Assembly: GCA_038230515.1 (NCBI GenBank)
Contig: JBBRND010000024.1
Coordinates: 845 to 64,844, forward strand
Length of the DNA: 64,000 bases
Direction: 5' to 3'
Source of the DNA: Bacteroidia bacterium
GTDB taxonomy: Bacteria > Bacteroidota > Bacteroidia > AKYH767-A > 2013-40CM-41-45
The notes under the pieces are model-generated. The model was not told the DNA's origin, made no database searches, and was given only the letters and a program-made list of their open reading frames with translations. The translations under genes were made by a program, and so were the position numbers. Positions 1 to 10,620 of the stretch are shown here, piece by piece (within the stretch, counting starts at the first letter, position 1; every line of letters begins with the position of its first letter).

Positions 1-1
1 T

Positions 2-3000
2 ACTCCTGGTTCAAAAATAGAAATTAATAAGGGAGTTTTTCTTGAACTAGATAATTGCACCATAGAAGCAGTAAATTATGGTAACTGTTATGCGATGTGG
101 AAAGGAATTCAAATTGATGATAAGGCAAGTCTATATATTCACTTTTCAAACATTTATGATGCGGAAAATGCCTTGATAGCAATGGATGGTTCAATGTACT
201 ATATCAATGGAGGAATTTTTGATAGGAACTATAATTGTATCAAGATTCCTGTGCAACCTGCATTGGCTAACACATATTATGCTATAAGTAGTTTTGTCAG
301 CAATACTCATTTTAGTGGAGTTACTCCTTTAATTCCTGCATACCCGGGACAATTAGAATATGATTTTCATCCTAATGCAGGAATAGTTGCAAACAAAACC
401 ACCAGTTTATGGATTGGTAATAATGGGAACCAGCGGAATATTTTCTTTGACCATCTTAACTATGGTATTATTGCTGATAAGTCAACTGTTATAATAGACC
501 ATTCGGAATTTACAGATATTGCCAAAACAAATTTGCTGACATATTTAGGATTACCTAGAGCTGGAATAGGAGTTTATGGCGGCTCTGTGACTGGCAGCAC
601 AGGTTTGGTTACAATATATGGAAACAGCGTTGCTAATTCCTTTTTGCGCTGTGACTATGGCGTATTTATTAATCGCTGTTCCGCAAGCATAGATTACAAT
701 TTAATGGTTGACGTAGGAACAGGTATTCGCATTCAAAATAACTATCTTCATCCAACGGTTTTAATTCAAAACAATGCCATCTATGCAAACTTTCGAGGCG
801 TAGATTGCTGGAATAATCCACATGCACTTACAGAAATTTACTCTAATAAAATTTACATGGGAGATGTTACCCATTCCACAGCTACTTCATATCCATCACT
901 TGTCGGTATCGATTTAACAGAAGTCATTACTGTTTTTTCACAGTATAAAGTTGATAACGACAATTATATTTATCTTTATCATCCTATACCATCATCCGTT
1001 ACTGGCATTTTTCTTTACAATGTTTTACATGCTTTAGTAAGAACAAATAATATACAACTAAACGATGTTGGCCAGACAGGAATACGCCTTACAGGCGGTT
1101 CCCTAAATACCCTTCAGTGCAATACACTTCGCAGTAGTACTGCGGCAGGGCCAATATATGGCTTAAATAATGGAATAGCTCAATTTGGAAGTAGATTTAA
1201 TGAAATGACCTGCAATCATTTGGATTATACCTATAGAGGTTTCCGTTTTGGAGGTAATGACAATAATACTGCGTTACTTGGTAATGAAATCAATAACCAT
1301 CATTTTGGCCTGGAACTTTTTCAGGCAGCTATTATGGGTGTACAGGGAAATCCACTACCTATTATCAACTTCAGCAATGGAAATCAATGGCTCTTTAATC
1401 CCTATCTTGGAGGTAATTTAGGGGTTAACTTGGCCGCAGGTACCCTGCTGCCTCCTAACCAAATTTATTATCCAGATCCTACTTCTGGTTGTGGAACCCA
1501 ATACTTCACAAATAGCTATAATATATTCTTCTCTCTTGCTCCCAATACATCATGTACAAATATTTACTATTGCAATTCAGCGGGTTGTAGTGCACCCCAA
1601 CCTTTTCGTTTAATGGATAGCTTGGCGCTTGACCATGGTGATACTTTGACGATACTTGATTCACTTTCTTTCCCTGATGAGTATAGCGACCAAATGCAAT
1701 GGGCTACAAGGAAAAATCTTTATGAAAAATTAGAGTTGAATACTGCCCTTCTGAGTGATAGTGCATTTATTGACTTCCATGATTCTATGCAAAGTACTAC
1801 CATAGGCGACTTTAAGTCGTTGCAGGATTCCATGCTGGCACTTGTTGAATCACTTTCGATGTACGAACCTGATTTGGATGAAAATGATTCAATAAAAAAT
1901 GTATTACTTCAGTATGCACTTTACAATGATAGTGTGATCAGTTCCAGTCTCGATTCAGCAGATATTGATTCGCTTTTAGCAGTTAATTTTCTGATTGATT
2001 CTCTAATCAGTGTTTCCTCAGCTGCAAATGACAGTATTCTCGCATTGATTACTGAGCAAAATGAGATCAAAGTTGACGCATTGCAGGAGTTGAATTCCGG
2101 AATTAGCGCATCTGCCGATTACGAGAATAACCTACAAACAGTTTATGATATTTATTTCAGTACTTTAGCCAAAGGCCGGTATACACTTGACTCTTCCCAA
2201 CAAAGTCAGCTCTTTACAATAGCCAACACTTGTCCTAATATAGGAGGGGAAGCCGTGCCAATTGCACGGGCATTTTATTATATGATCAATGATGCACTTG
2301 ACTATAATGATGATACTCTTTGCATAAGCGATTACAACGCTACAGATACGTGTCATTTCCCTTCTAACGTTGGAGCTATATCAGGACCGGAAGTAGGTCA
2401 ATGTGGACAATCCGATGTGAGCTATTCCATTACTCCTGTTAGTGGAGCTACAAGCTATACCTGGTTTGTAAGTGATACAAATTATTGTTCAACTATAACG
2501 CCAATAAATTTGAGTTCCGTCTCCGTTGATTTTGCCGATTCTCTTTCCATTGCAGTTATTTATGTTGCCGCAAATAATGCCTGTGGAAGTAGTTCGCCAG
2601 CGCACATAATCGTGTCAGGAAAACCAAATGTACCTGATACTATTGAAGGTAAAGATGCTGCATGTTCAGGAGGGGTTGAATATTATACAACAGGCGGGTC
2701 AACCGGAGCAACTTCTTACAATTGGTCAGTTACCCCCGATGATGCCACATTGCTTTCATCAAATGGAAGCAGTTCAATGCTTGTGTTGTGGGGCTCAAAT
2801 AATGGTGCAATTAGCGTGACCGCTTCAAATGACTGTGGTGAATCAGTACCGTATTCAATTGATGTAACGATAATTTCCTGTCGTAAATCTAAAACATACA
2901 GCACGGAGGCCGGATTGCAGGCGTACCCGAATCCAACAAAAGGAACTGTAACAATTAAGTTCAACAGTTGTGAAAACTGTACCTATTCTTTAGAAATTTT

Positions 3001-3157
3001 AGATCTCACGGGAAGGATTTTAAAGACAACAGAAGAGAAGTCGGTAAAAGGAGTGACCTTGAAAGAATTCGATTTAAGTAGCTTTGCAAAAGGAATTTAC
3101 TTTGTCAAGCTGAACTCTTCAACTATGAACGAGATCATTCGGATTACAGTAGAATAA
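2..3157 (+). CDS. Large secreted surface protein, 5'-partial (reading frame is open back to the window start): right-handed beta-helix repeats, PKD/Ig-like repeats, T9SS C-terminal sorting domain
   Basis: No stop codon in frame between nt 2 and the first ATG at 95. Repeated beta-helix-like NxxIxxN segments. Repeated '..SGATSYTW..' Ig/PKD-like units. C-terminus 'YPNPTKGTVTIKF...GIYFVKL' is a typical Por/T9SS sorting tail. Confidence 0.7.
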   Translation, partial: TPGSKIEINKGVFLELDNCTIEAVNYGNCYAMWKGIQIDDKASLYIHFSNIYDAENALIAMDGSMYYINGGIFDRNYNCIKIPVQPALANTYYAISSFVSNTHFSGVTPLIPAYPGQLEYDFHPNAGIVANKTTSLWIGNNGNQRNIFFDHLNYGIIADKSTVIIDHSEFTDIAKTNLLTYLGLPRAGIGVYGGSVTGSTGLVTIYGNSVANSFLRCDYGVFINRCSASIDYNLMVDVGTGIRIQNNYLHPTVLIQNNAIYANFRGVDCWNNPHALTEIYSNKIYMGDVTHSTATSYPSLVGIDLTEVITVFSQYKVDNDNYIYLYHPIPSSVTGIFLYNVLHALVRTNNIQLNDVGQTGIRLTGGSLNTLQCNTLRSSTAAGPIYGLNNGIAQFGSRFNEMTCNHLDYTYRGFRFGGNDNNTALLGNEINNHHFGLELFQAAIMGVQGNPLPIINFSNGNQWLFNPYLGGNLGVNLAAGTLLPPNQIYYPDPTSGCGTQYFTNSYNIFFSLAPNTSCTNIYYCNSAGCSAPQPFRLMDSLALDHGDTLTILDSLSFPDEYSDQMQWATRKNLYEKLELNTALLSDSAFIDFHDSMQSTTIGDFKSLQDSMLALVESLSMYEPDLDENDSIKNVLLQYALYNDSVISSSLDSADIDSLLAVNFLIDSLISVSSAANDSILALITEQNEIKVDALQELNSGISASADYENNLQTVYDIYFSTLAKGRYTLDSSQQSQLFTIANTCPNIGGEAVPIARAFYYMINDALDYNDDTLCISDYNATDTCHFPSNVGAISGPEVGQCGQSDVSYSITPVSGATSYTWFVSDTNYCSTITPINLSSVSVDFADSLSIAVIYVAANNACGSSSPAHIIVSGKPNVPDTIEGKDAACSGGVEYYTTGGSTGATSYNWSVTPDDATLLSSNGSSSMLVLWGSNNGAISVTASNDCGESVPYSIDVTIISCRKSKTYSTEAGLQAYPNPTKGTVTIKFNSCENCTYSLEILDLTGRILKTTEEKSVKGVTLKEFDLSSFAKGIYFVKLNSSTMNEIIRITVE

Positions 3158-3175
3158 ACGAAAAAAAGACGGGAG

Positions 3176-4690
3176 TTGCTTTTAATCGGCAACTTCCGTA
3201 TCTTTACATTTGTGAAAAATATTTTTCTTCTCGCTTTAACATTGCTAAACTGTGGTCTCAGTCAAGCGCAAAAGGAAGATTATGTGTGGCATGTTGGCTA
3301 TTCTTCCTTTATGGATTTTAATAGTGGAGCCGCAACAACTTTTTTTGCTAATGGTCCGATTGCACTGGATTATACAAATGCTAGTATTTGTGATAGTGCA
3401 GGCAACCTAATTATTTATACAAATGGTGTGACCCTTTGCAATAATGTAAATGATACATTATTAAACGGTACTAATCTTAATCCATGCTCATTTACTTCAA
3501 CGTGGGCGGGAGCAGGATTACCAATATCGCAAGCTGATATTATCATTCAGAGACCCGATCATCCTAACTATTATTATTTATTTCATGAAACATGCGATAA
3601 TCCTTTTGGTGGATATTTTATGACTAATGTTCTTTATTTAAGTGTGATTGATATGAGTTTAGATAGTGGGCGAGGCGGTGTAACTAATATAAAAAATTTT
3701 CACCTTTATCAAAATGATACATTGCATATAGGGAATCTATCAGCAGTAAAACATGCCAATGGCAGAGATTGGTGGCTACTAACAAAAAAACTCATTTCAC
3801 CAATTTTTTACAAATGGTTAATAATGCCAGACACGATTATAGGGCCTATTATTCAATCGAATCAAATAGGTTCAGCCTATAACCCAGGACCGGGTTTTGG
3901 TCAATCAGTATTTTCACCCCAAGGAGACAAGTACGGAGTAATTTATAATAATAAAAATTTCTACCTCTATGATTTTAATCGATGTACTGGTGAATTAAAT
4001 TATTTATTCCAGGAGTACTACAATGACAGCTCATTATTCGGTAGTGGCTGTGCCTTTTCTGCTTCAGGAAGATATTTGTATGTGAGTACTGAGAAATTGA
4101 TTTATCAATATGATATGAATGCTGGAAACATTCAGGCTTCGAAAGTTGTTGTTGCTGTTTATGATGGATTTATGTTACCGGTAGCTACTCATTTCAATCA
4201 AATGCGACTTGCGCCAGATGAAAAAATATATATTAGCACAGACAATGGTGTATATGTATTTCACGTAATTGAATATCCCGACTCAGCGGGCTTGGCATGT
4301 AATGTGATGCAGCATTCGTTTTATTTGCCCGGACCACCAAGCGCATCAGTTCCTAACATTCCTGATTATAAACTTGGACCATTAAATGATAGTGGATGCG
4401 ATACAATACTCAATATTTGGTATCTTGAAAAAAATAATTTTTCAATTCTGGCTTATCCGAACCCCTCAAAAGGTGACTTTACACTTAAATTCAATTGTGC
4501 CAATGAAACTCACTATTCATTATCTGTAAAGGATATTTTAGGTCGCTTGCTTGTAAATGTCAATGACAAAGCTATTAAAGGAATAAACATTAAGACTATG
4601 GATTTAACTTTGGCAGAGGGTATTTACTTCATAAATGTGAAATCATTCAATATGAATGAGACCATTCGGATCGCAGTCGAGAATCATTAA
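3176..4690 (+). CDS. T9SS C-terminal-domain secreted protein (function unknown)
   Basis: N-terminal hydrophobic signal-like segment ending in '...SQAQ'. C-terminal 'AYPNPSKGDFTLKF...GIYFINV' T9SS sorting domain. Confidence 0.65.
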   Translation: MLLIGNFRIFTFVKNIFLLALTLLNCGLSQAQKEDYVWHVGYSSFMDFNSGAATTFFANGPIALDYTNASICDSAGNLIIYTNGVTLCNNVNDTLLNGTNLNPCSFTSTWAGAGLPISQADIIIQRPDHPNYYYLFHETCDNPFGGYFMTNVLYLSVIDMSLDSGRGGVTNIKNFHLYQNDTLHIGNLSAVKHANGRDWWLLTKKLISPIFYKWLIMPDTIIGPIIQSNQIGSAYNPGPGFGQSVFSPQGDKYGVIYNNKNFYLYDFNRCTGELNYLFQEYYNDSSLFGSGCAFSASGRYLYVSTEKLIYQYDMNAGNIQASKVVVAVYDGFMLPVATHFNQMRLAPDEKIYISTDNGVYVFHVIEYPDSAGLACNVMQHSFYLPGPPSASVPNIPDYKLGPLNDSGCDTILNIWYLEKNNFSILAYPNPSKGDFTLKFNCANETHYSLSVKDILGRLLVNVNDKAIKGINIKTMDLTLAEGIYFINVKSFNMNETIRIAVENH

Positions 4691-4712
4691 AGATATGTAT
4701 TTTCATAGGGGT

Positions 4713-4778
4713 TCGGGGAAATGTGTTCCCCGCAAGATAGCGTGTTGACGAGTATTTACCGTCAACACGCTATCTTGC
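4713..4778 (+). terminator. Two adjacent stem-loops after the T9SS gene (GGGGAA-atgtg-TTCCCC and 19-bp perfect stem GCAAGATAGCGTGTTGACG/CGTCAACACGCTATCTTGC)
   Basis: Perfect inverted repeats read directly in the sequence immediately after the stop codon at 4690. No obvious U-tract follows. Confidence 0.45.
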
Positions 4779-4846
4779 AGCAGCAGCACAACTTAATAAA
4801 AAAACTGCCTCAAATTGAAGCAGTCCATTCTAACATAGGATTAGTC

Positions 4847-4995
4847 CTTTAAATGTTTAAGGAAAAGGCAAAAAAAAGTCGTAGATGCCATTATTCCAAG
4901 ACCTGATGCAGCTTTGCCTGTTTGACTAAAAACAGCAAGTCCAATAGAAAGTGCACAGAGAATAATAGCTAGGTTAATTAAGTTGGGTGTCTTCA
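4847..4995 (-). CDS. Possible small hydrophobic protein (~49 aa, MKTPNLINLAIILCALSIGLAVFSQ...)
   Basis: Short minus-strand ORF with an ATG start and a TM-like segment. Below the length cut-off of the ORF track. Weak. Confidence 0.2.
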
Positions 4996-5116
4996 TTTTA
5001 AATAATTTAATTTAAAATAATTGTATCACAATAAACAAACCTGTCAAGTGTATCCTGACGAATTCTCATTTGAATTGCTGTTTTTTCTATATTTGTAATA
5101 AGTTTTAAGAAATAGA

Positions 5117-5599
5117 ATGGATCCCAGCCCTGGAAAGAAGCCCTTTAATTGGACCAAGAGCGCAACTATTGCCACTTGGCTATTTGGAATATTAGGAGTA
5201 ATCTCCTCTGTTGTTTCTTGGTTACAAACGAAGTCTGTTTCCGATAACGGTAATTTGAAGCATCCAGATGGAAACGAAGTGGTCCGTTATGCGGTACCAA
5301 AGGTCGAATCTCCTAAAGAGCAAACAGGAAAACCTGACGTAAAAAAACCGATTGAAGGAGCCAATTTAGAGCCGCCAAATTCATTAAAGCCAATTGTATT
5401 AATTGACGAATCTATTGATATTGGAGATTATGAAATAAAAGATATTGATAGCATTTTTACCTATGAAGGTACCAAGGTAAGAGTTTTGTATATTGTAAAA
5501 GGAATTCTTGATGTGGCTATTCCCAAAAAAACGAAAAAAATTTACATTAACTTTTTAGATGGAAAACAAATCACGCACGAAGTACGCGCTCAAAATTAG
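5117..5599 (+). CDS. Hypothetical membrane-anchored protein
   Basis: 160-aa ORF with an N-terminal TM helix (ATIATWLFGILGVISSVVSWL). Overlaps the next ORF by ~40 nt. Confidence 0.4.
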   Translation: MDPSPGKKPFNWTKSATIATWLFGILGVISSVVSWLQTKSVSDNGNLKHPDGNEVVRYAVPKVESPKEQTGKPDVKKPIEGANLEPPNSLKPIVLIDESIDIGDYEIKDIDSIFTYEGTKVRVLYIVKGILDVAIPKKTKKIYINFLDGKQITHEVRAQN

Positions 5600-7457
5600 C
5601 AATATTTTAATAGTACTACTGCTTTTACAAGTTACAAATTTAAAGTGTTATGCATTGAAGGAAAAATGGGTTTTGGTAGACCCTGTTATTGTTAAAAATC
5701 AAAACGATGATCAAAAATTATCTATTACGTTTTCAAAAGCATTTAAAAACTATACTGATTCCCTTCATATTTTAAGGTCACCAAATTCAATCACACTTGA
5801 TAGTTTGGCAATGCTCAAGCATATCGATCGTGAATTTTTGAGTAGTGCAGATGAATTGGGAACAGGAATTTTGGCTGCATTTCTAGTTGGCCCAAATGAA
5901 ATTGAGGCCAACCTTTTTAAATACTCTCTAGATTCCAACAAACTAATTGGTTATTCAAAAAATTATTTACCAAAGCAGAATCCTAATTCAGAGCACGAGT
6001 TATTGAAGAATGTGATTGTTGAAATAAAAAAAATGGATATTTCGTCTGAAATATCGTTTGAGGCAGAGAGTCAATTTGAAAGCCTGCTTGCTGAGTCCGA
6101 AAGCAGGATTATTGAAAATGAAAATAAGAAAAGGCAGAATGAAATTAAGTTCAAAGATTATGATAAAAATAAGATTCATAACTCCAATGAGTTAAAATTT
6201 GCAATAGAAAGAATTGACTATTATTTGACGACATTAGAAAAAGAGTATCCTTTCAAAAAATATCCTAACAATATTTCACTACCCCTTATAGATGACAAGG
6301 TTTATTTGAAAGGGTTACAGGAAGAATTTCCACATACTTATTCGCTCTTACTCGCCACGAATGCACTGAACGATTACCTCCACCTAAAGTATCAAAAAAC
6401 AAAGCCTTCGGATCTACAAATACGAAAAGATTCCTTGGATCGAATGGTGGAGAAACTGGATTCCATTTTTGACAATAAATTGGTCTCCGCAGCTGAGCAG
6501 AGTATATGGAAAGGATTAAATAAATCTATGATTGTTGAAGTATTTGCCTTGGTTAAAATTATAAAGAAAGAAGTGGAAGCATGCAATGATTTTATTATGC
6601 AGCAGGGACAAGTTTTGTTGAATTCTGATGTAACTCTAAGAATTAGGCATACTCTACGACTTTTACGAGAGCGGTGTGGTTCTTCATCAAGTAAGGATGT
6701 TGCAACGCAGATAAATGAAAAATATCATAATTGGTTCGCAGCAATGCTCAGATTAGATACTATAACTAAGTTTCGATTGGAATATCTAAAATTAGCCAAT
6801 GATAACCATATTGACTTGTGGATGTTAAAGCCTGATATAAAAAAAACAGAATTAGTAACGAAGGAAAGAATAGAAAAGTACCTATCCAATAATATTGAAA
6901 AGTATATGAAAAATGCAGAGAATGAACTCAGTATCATATATCATGTTTCAATTCAAGATAAAACGCTAGAGGTTAGTTTTGAGATAAAGAAAAATACAGG
7001 TAAATTTGCCTCTGCATTAAAATGCTTTCCCTTGGGAGAAAGTACATTTTTAGGTATTGAAAATTATTATGAATTTGTCTCTCAGTCTTTGATGGACCTA
7101 CAGCGCTTATTAAGAATCAAACTCGAGGCTGTCGCTATAATTGGGGGTTCCGATGCAGCCCCTTTTTCATCAAACTATGAATTAAAAATTGAAAGTGAAA
7201 TTATGTATCAAGAAAATTTTGAAGTGTTGCCACAAGCAAATTTAATAGATCTAAAAAAACTTGATCTAAAAAGGAATAGTGATGACAAAAACATCGCACT
7301 TGCATTTAAGAGAGGATTCTATCTGAAAGATTATCTAATAAAAAATGGGGTTTCAAAACACGCATTCGAACCAATCAAGGTCGCATTTTTTTCAGAAGGA
7401 GGCACTAACAGTTCATTTAGGAAGTGTGACATAAGAATTAGCTTTCATTTAAATTAA
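5559..7457 (+). CDS. Hypothetical signal/TM-anchored coiled-coil protein with a possible OmpA/MotB-like C-terminal domain
   Basis: N-terminal hydrophobic segment. Long charged coiled-coil-like middle. C-terminus 'IALAFKRGFYLKDYLIKNGV...FRKCDIRISF' weakly resembles the OmpA_C peptidoglycan-binding fold. Confidence 0.4.
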   Translation: MENKSRTKYALKISNILIVLLLLQVTNLKCYALKEKWVLVDPVIVKNQNDDQKLSITFSKAFKNYTDSLHILRSPNSITLDSLAMLKHIDREFLSSADELGTGILAAFLVGPNEIEANLFKYSLDSNKLIGYSKNYLPKQNPNSEHELLKNVIVEIKKMDISSEISFEAESQFESLLAESESRIIENENKKRQNEIKFKDYDKNKIHNSNELKFAIERIDYYLTTLEKEYPFKKYPNNISLPLIDDKVYLKGLQEEFPHTYSLLLATNALNDYLHLKYQKTKPSDLQIRKDSLDRMVEKLDSIFDNKLVSAAEQSIWKGLNKSMIVEVFALVKIIKKEVEACNDFIMQQGQVLLNSDVTLRIRHTLRLLRERCGSSSSKDVATQINEKYHNWFAAMLRLDTITKFRLEYLKLANDNHIDLWMLKPDIKKTELVTKERIEKYLSNNIEKYMKNAENELSIIYHVSIQDKTLEVSFEIKKNTGKFASALKCFPLGESTFLGIENYYEFVSQSLMDLQRLLRIKLEAVAIIGGSDAAPFSSNYELKIESEIMYQENFEVLPQANLIDLKKLDLKRNSDDKNIALAFKRGFYLKDYLIKNGVSKHAFEPIKVAFFSEGGTNSSFRKCDIRISFHLN

Positions 7458-7792
7458 AAAAATCTTTTGTTTTATCCAGAGGGACGACTCCTTTGAGTTA
7501 TTGTCGGTTAATGTAATCAATTTTATAGATTGAAGCTAAAAAAGCACAACTCACTTATTACTCACCCAATCCTATCGCCTCCTCAACCTTTTTTATTACA
7601 AAAAGCAGGGCTTTCAATTACTTCCACTTGCTTCTAAGTTGATCGTTAAATAATTTTCAGCAGTCTCATTCTTGCTTTTAAGCAGATTCTTCCATTTTGA
7701 TTCTCAGCTATCAATTCAACTATCAATTTCGTTTGGCTGTGCGTCAAACATTTTTGAAAGTATTTTATGTCTCACAATTTATTTTGATTTTA

Positions 7793-8740
7793 CTATTTCA
7801 GAAAATGACTTGCAAGAATAGACCCCCAAATGTGCCATATTTCAGTAGTGTGAGCAACAGCGGTTAAAATTTCTTGGCAAGAATTCAATATTGTTTTAAT
7901 TACAGGTTTAGCAGCTCTTTGTTCCAGTGGTTTCATAGCTTCTTGACTAAGAAAATTTATGTGTTCTAAATATTCTTGTTGTTGCTCCTGACTTATTACA
8001 ACGGAATCTTTCACAGCCTCAGCTAATTTCTCAAATGCCTTCGCAATATCATTCAGGCCCTCATTGTTAAGCGTCGCATTATTCTTTATAATATTATCTT
8101 GAATATTTCTCATGCTGAAAACATTGCCGTGACCTTGAATTGAAATGTTGTAATTATTTGTCGTAATTGAGTGCCCGCTGTAAGAATAAGAATCCTCTTC
8201 AACATATTCTATTCCCACCGTGGTTATGGATCCCATTGCATCATCGTGTTTCCCCAAAAATTGCACCATGCCATCTCCTTCTAATTTTTTCCCTAAAGAA
8301 AACACTTCATCAAAGTTTACTTCAACTCCATTGTTTTGAAGAATCCAAGTCAGTGAATAATACTTTCCGTCATGCTTGAATTCGTAAAGACCTTTTAGAA
8401 TCAGGTCAAGTTTTTCGGATTGTTTCATAGCTCTATTTGAATTTCCATTTCGTTCTTTTTGTTGCCGATATTTGTGTAATCCAATCTCTGCCGCCTTCCA
8501 ACCCTCTTGCGTAAGTTTAACCCTATACTTCTCATCTCCCCACCACGCTACAAGACCTTCATCAATTAGGTTATCTCTCATTAAAGTGTAATCAAACCAT
8601 TCATATTTTTTTTCTTCTGTAAAAAAATATGATTGCTGGTCTGTGTTCAAAGTGCCTTTATGTTCTGATAGAAGCATCAAAAGCAACTCTGCCATTTCGG
8701 TTTCAACTTCATTCATCTTTTTCCCTTCAGCTAAGTTCAT
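7793..8740 (-). CDS. Hypothetical protein, last gene of the DUF2188/AbiGi-like operon (possible AbiGii-like partner)
   Basis: 315-aa ORF 26 nt downstream of the AbiGi-like gene on the same strand. No recognisable motif. Confidence 0.4.
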   Translation of the reverse strand: MNLAEGKKMNEVETEMAELLLMLLSEHKGTLNTDQQSYFFTEEKKYEWFDYTLMRDNLIDEGLVAWWGDEKYRVKLTQEGWKAAEIGLHKYRQQKERNGNSNRAMKQSEKLDLILKGLYEFKHDGKYYSLTWILQNNGVEVNFDEVFSLGKKLEGDGMVQFLGKHDDAMGSITTVGIEYVEEDSYSYSGHSITTNNYNISIQGHGNVFSMRNIQDNIIKNNATLNNEGLNDIAKAFEKLAEAVKDSVVISQEQQQEYLEHINFLSQEAMKPLEQRAAKPVIKTILNSCQEILTAVAHTTEIWHIWGSILASHFLK

Positions 8741-8766
8741 TTTTTCCTTTTTGCAAATATCAAGAA

Positions 8767-9510
8767 TTACATGTCATCTCTGATTTGTTCAACGCTAATC
8801 AGTTTTGACACCAACAATTTTACTTCCGGTTTCGTAAAATTCTTCTTAAGATTCCTTTCAATAAAATCTACGAACTCTGGTATTTCTTCTTCGTCTTTTA
8901 CGATTATGTATTTAATATCCTTTGCCTTGAAAATAAGCTTCTCATTTTTTTGCATCAAGCCATTTTGCTTTTTCAAAAATTCATCGGTTACTTGTTTTTC
9001 CAAATACACACGAAATTTCTTTGGCGAATAACGCCATTCCCTTTCATCATAAAATGGCTTGAACTCCATTTTCTTACTTCGCTTATTTTGTCCAAGTCCT
9101 TCATATGCTTTAATGTATTTGTAAAAATCAGGGATTTGTTTTTCTAATACTTCCTTTTCACTTGAAGTTGTCAATGTTCTAAGTTGCATCCTGATTTCAT
9201 GAATCAAAGTAGCTGACATTGCATCTTTGGGAACATAGATGATTGGACTTATTCCATTCTGAATACCCCACCCTTTTTTACTCAAGCCAATTCCATAATC
9301 TCCATAAAAATCAATATGAGGAATAATTTGAGAAAATATCAAATCACAGAAACAAACCATTGGAACATGAGCAGTAAAATTTTTGTTGTCAGGAATAACA
9401 TTCCCCAAATCTTCCAAACTGTAACTTGGATAGAAATAGTTTTTCAGAACCCCTTTCAGGTTTTCTTTCCTGTCTGTAAAATGAAAAAGAGTATTTGCGC
9501 TTACGTTCAT
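8767..9510 (-). CDS. AbiGi-like abortive-infection protein (putative)
   Basis: 247 aa. N-terminal 'SANTLFHFT' motif and a length near the ~248-aa lactococcal AbiGi. Call is from recollection of the PF10899 family. Confidence 0.45.
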   Translation of the reverse strand: MNVSANTLFHFTDRKENLKGVLKNYFYPSYSLEDLGNVIPDNKNFTAHVPMVCFCDLIFSQIIPHIDFYGDYGIGLSKKGWGIQNGISPIIYVPKDAMSATLIHEIRMQLRTLTTSSEKEVLEKQIPDFYKYIKAYEGLGQNKRSKKMEFKPFYDEREWRYSPKKFRVYLEKQVTDEFLKKQNGLMQKNEKLIFKAKDIKYIIVKDEEEIPEFVDFIERNLKKNFTKPEVKLLVSKLISVEQIRDDM

Positions 9511-9512
9511 CG

Positions 9513-10052
9513 TTAAAAATTCTTGAAATAATTTAACAGGTGAACGACAGCTTCCTTGTATATTTTTTTTGCCTGCGACAACTTTCTTGATTCAATAGCT
9601 TCACAGGCAAGATTTATTTTCCTAAAAATTTCTTGAAATAATTTTTCTTTTCGCTTATCAACTTTCAAAAGTTCAACCAAACGAGGAGCTTTTGAATAAT
9701 ATTCTTGAATGAGGATTTTATTTTGAGCTGATTCGGACAAATATCCATCTCTGAACTTTCTTAGTGTTTGCAATTGGTAGCAATCATCTTTCAGTCCGTA
9801 ATATTTCACGCACGCAGTAGTCAGAAAGCAATTGCCATCTGGTTCACCTTCTTCGGGATTCCATGTTCTCTGAATCTTTCCATCTTTCCCATGAACAGCA
9901 ACGGTTAAGTTTTGATTTATTGCAATTGTTCGTGCAGCTTTCAATGCTTCAGCTTTTGTATTCTTAACCGCTGATGCCTTTTCATGACCATCTTTTTTTA
10001 CAACCCAAACATTCCCGTCCGGGTAAACCCTTATTGTTCTATATGCCATCAA
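9513..10052 (-). CDS. DUF2188-domain protein with a Cys-containing C-terminal extension
   Basis: N-terminal 'YRTIRVYPDGNVWVVKKDGHEKASAVKNTKAEALKAARTIAINQNLTVAVHGKDGKIQ' matches the DUF2188 pattern. Its start lies 3 nt from the AbiGi-like stop, so the two are likely an operon. Confidence 0.55.
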   Translation of the reverse strand: MMAYRTIRVYPDGNVWVVKKDGHEKASAVKNTKAEALKAARTIAINQNLTVAVHGKDGKIQRTWNPEEGEPDGNCFLTTACVKYYGLKDDCYQLQTLRKFRDGYLSESAQNKILIQEYYSKAPRLVELLKVDKRKEKLFQEIFRKINLACEAIESRKLSQAKKIYKEAVVHLLNYFKNF

Positions 10053-10445
10053 TCTTTTTTTTGTTCATACATTTTTACCAGTAGTAATCTGCTTCCAGAA
10101 ATTTCAAATGTAGCAGTATTAAATGACATGTAAAACGCACAACAGTAACATCACCAAGCGGATGCTCCACCTTTTGTCTCCGGAAATATTCTGATTTTCA
10201 TTTGGTTTTTTTAAATTCTTTTACTCCAGGAATAATGTATCGTCAACAAATTTATCCATCAATTGGAGATCGGGGGTATATTTTTTACTTAAAGTGAAAT
10301 TTTTAAAAACATCGAAAATCACCCGATTTCTTCTTTTATTAACTACTTCAACAATATTCAGAATATGAAGTGAAAATTTGCTTGACAAATAAATTCAGTT
10401 GGGATACACTGTTTCTGCTATAGCATTAACAATTTAATTACGAGA

Positions 10446-10620
10446 ACCGTTGCCCTTTAATGGGACATCCCGCCTTGCGGGATTGGAACGAACAACGGTC
10501 AGGCCAATCCTTTCATTGCTTTACTTTTTGATAAGCGTATGTTAGCTTAGCATTGGTTCTAATGCGATTTGATCAAATCTTTGCTTTTAGAACCATGTGT
10601 ACTACTCGCAAGAATAGTAC
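10446..10620. promoter_or_regulatory. Cluster of nested inverted repeats, including the perfect 14-bp palindrome GATTTGATCAAATC flanked by a 9-bp inverted repeat TGGTTCTAA/TTAGAACCA; candidate recombination or regulatory site upstream of the tyrosine recombinase
   Basis: Read directly in the sequence. The pairs are ACCGTTG/CAACGGT, ATCCCGC/GCGGGAT, TGGTTCTAA/TTAGAACCA, GATTTGA/TCAAATC and GTACTA/TAGTAC. Confidence 0.35.
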
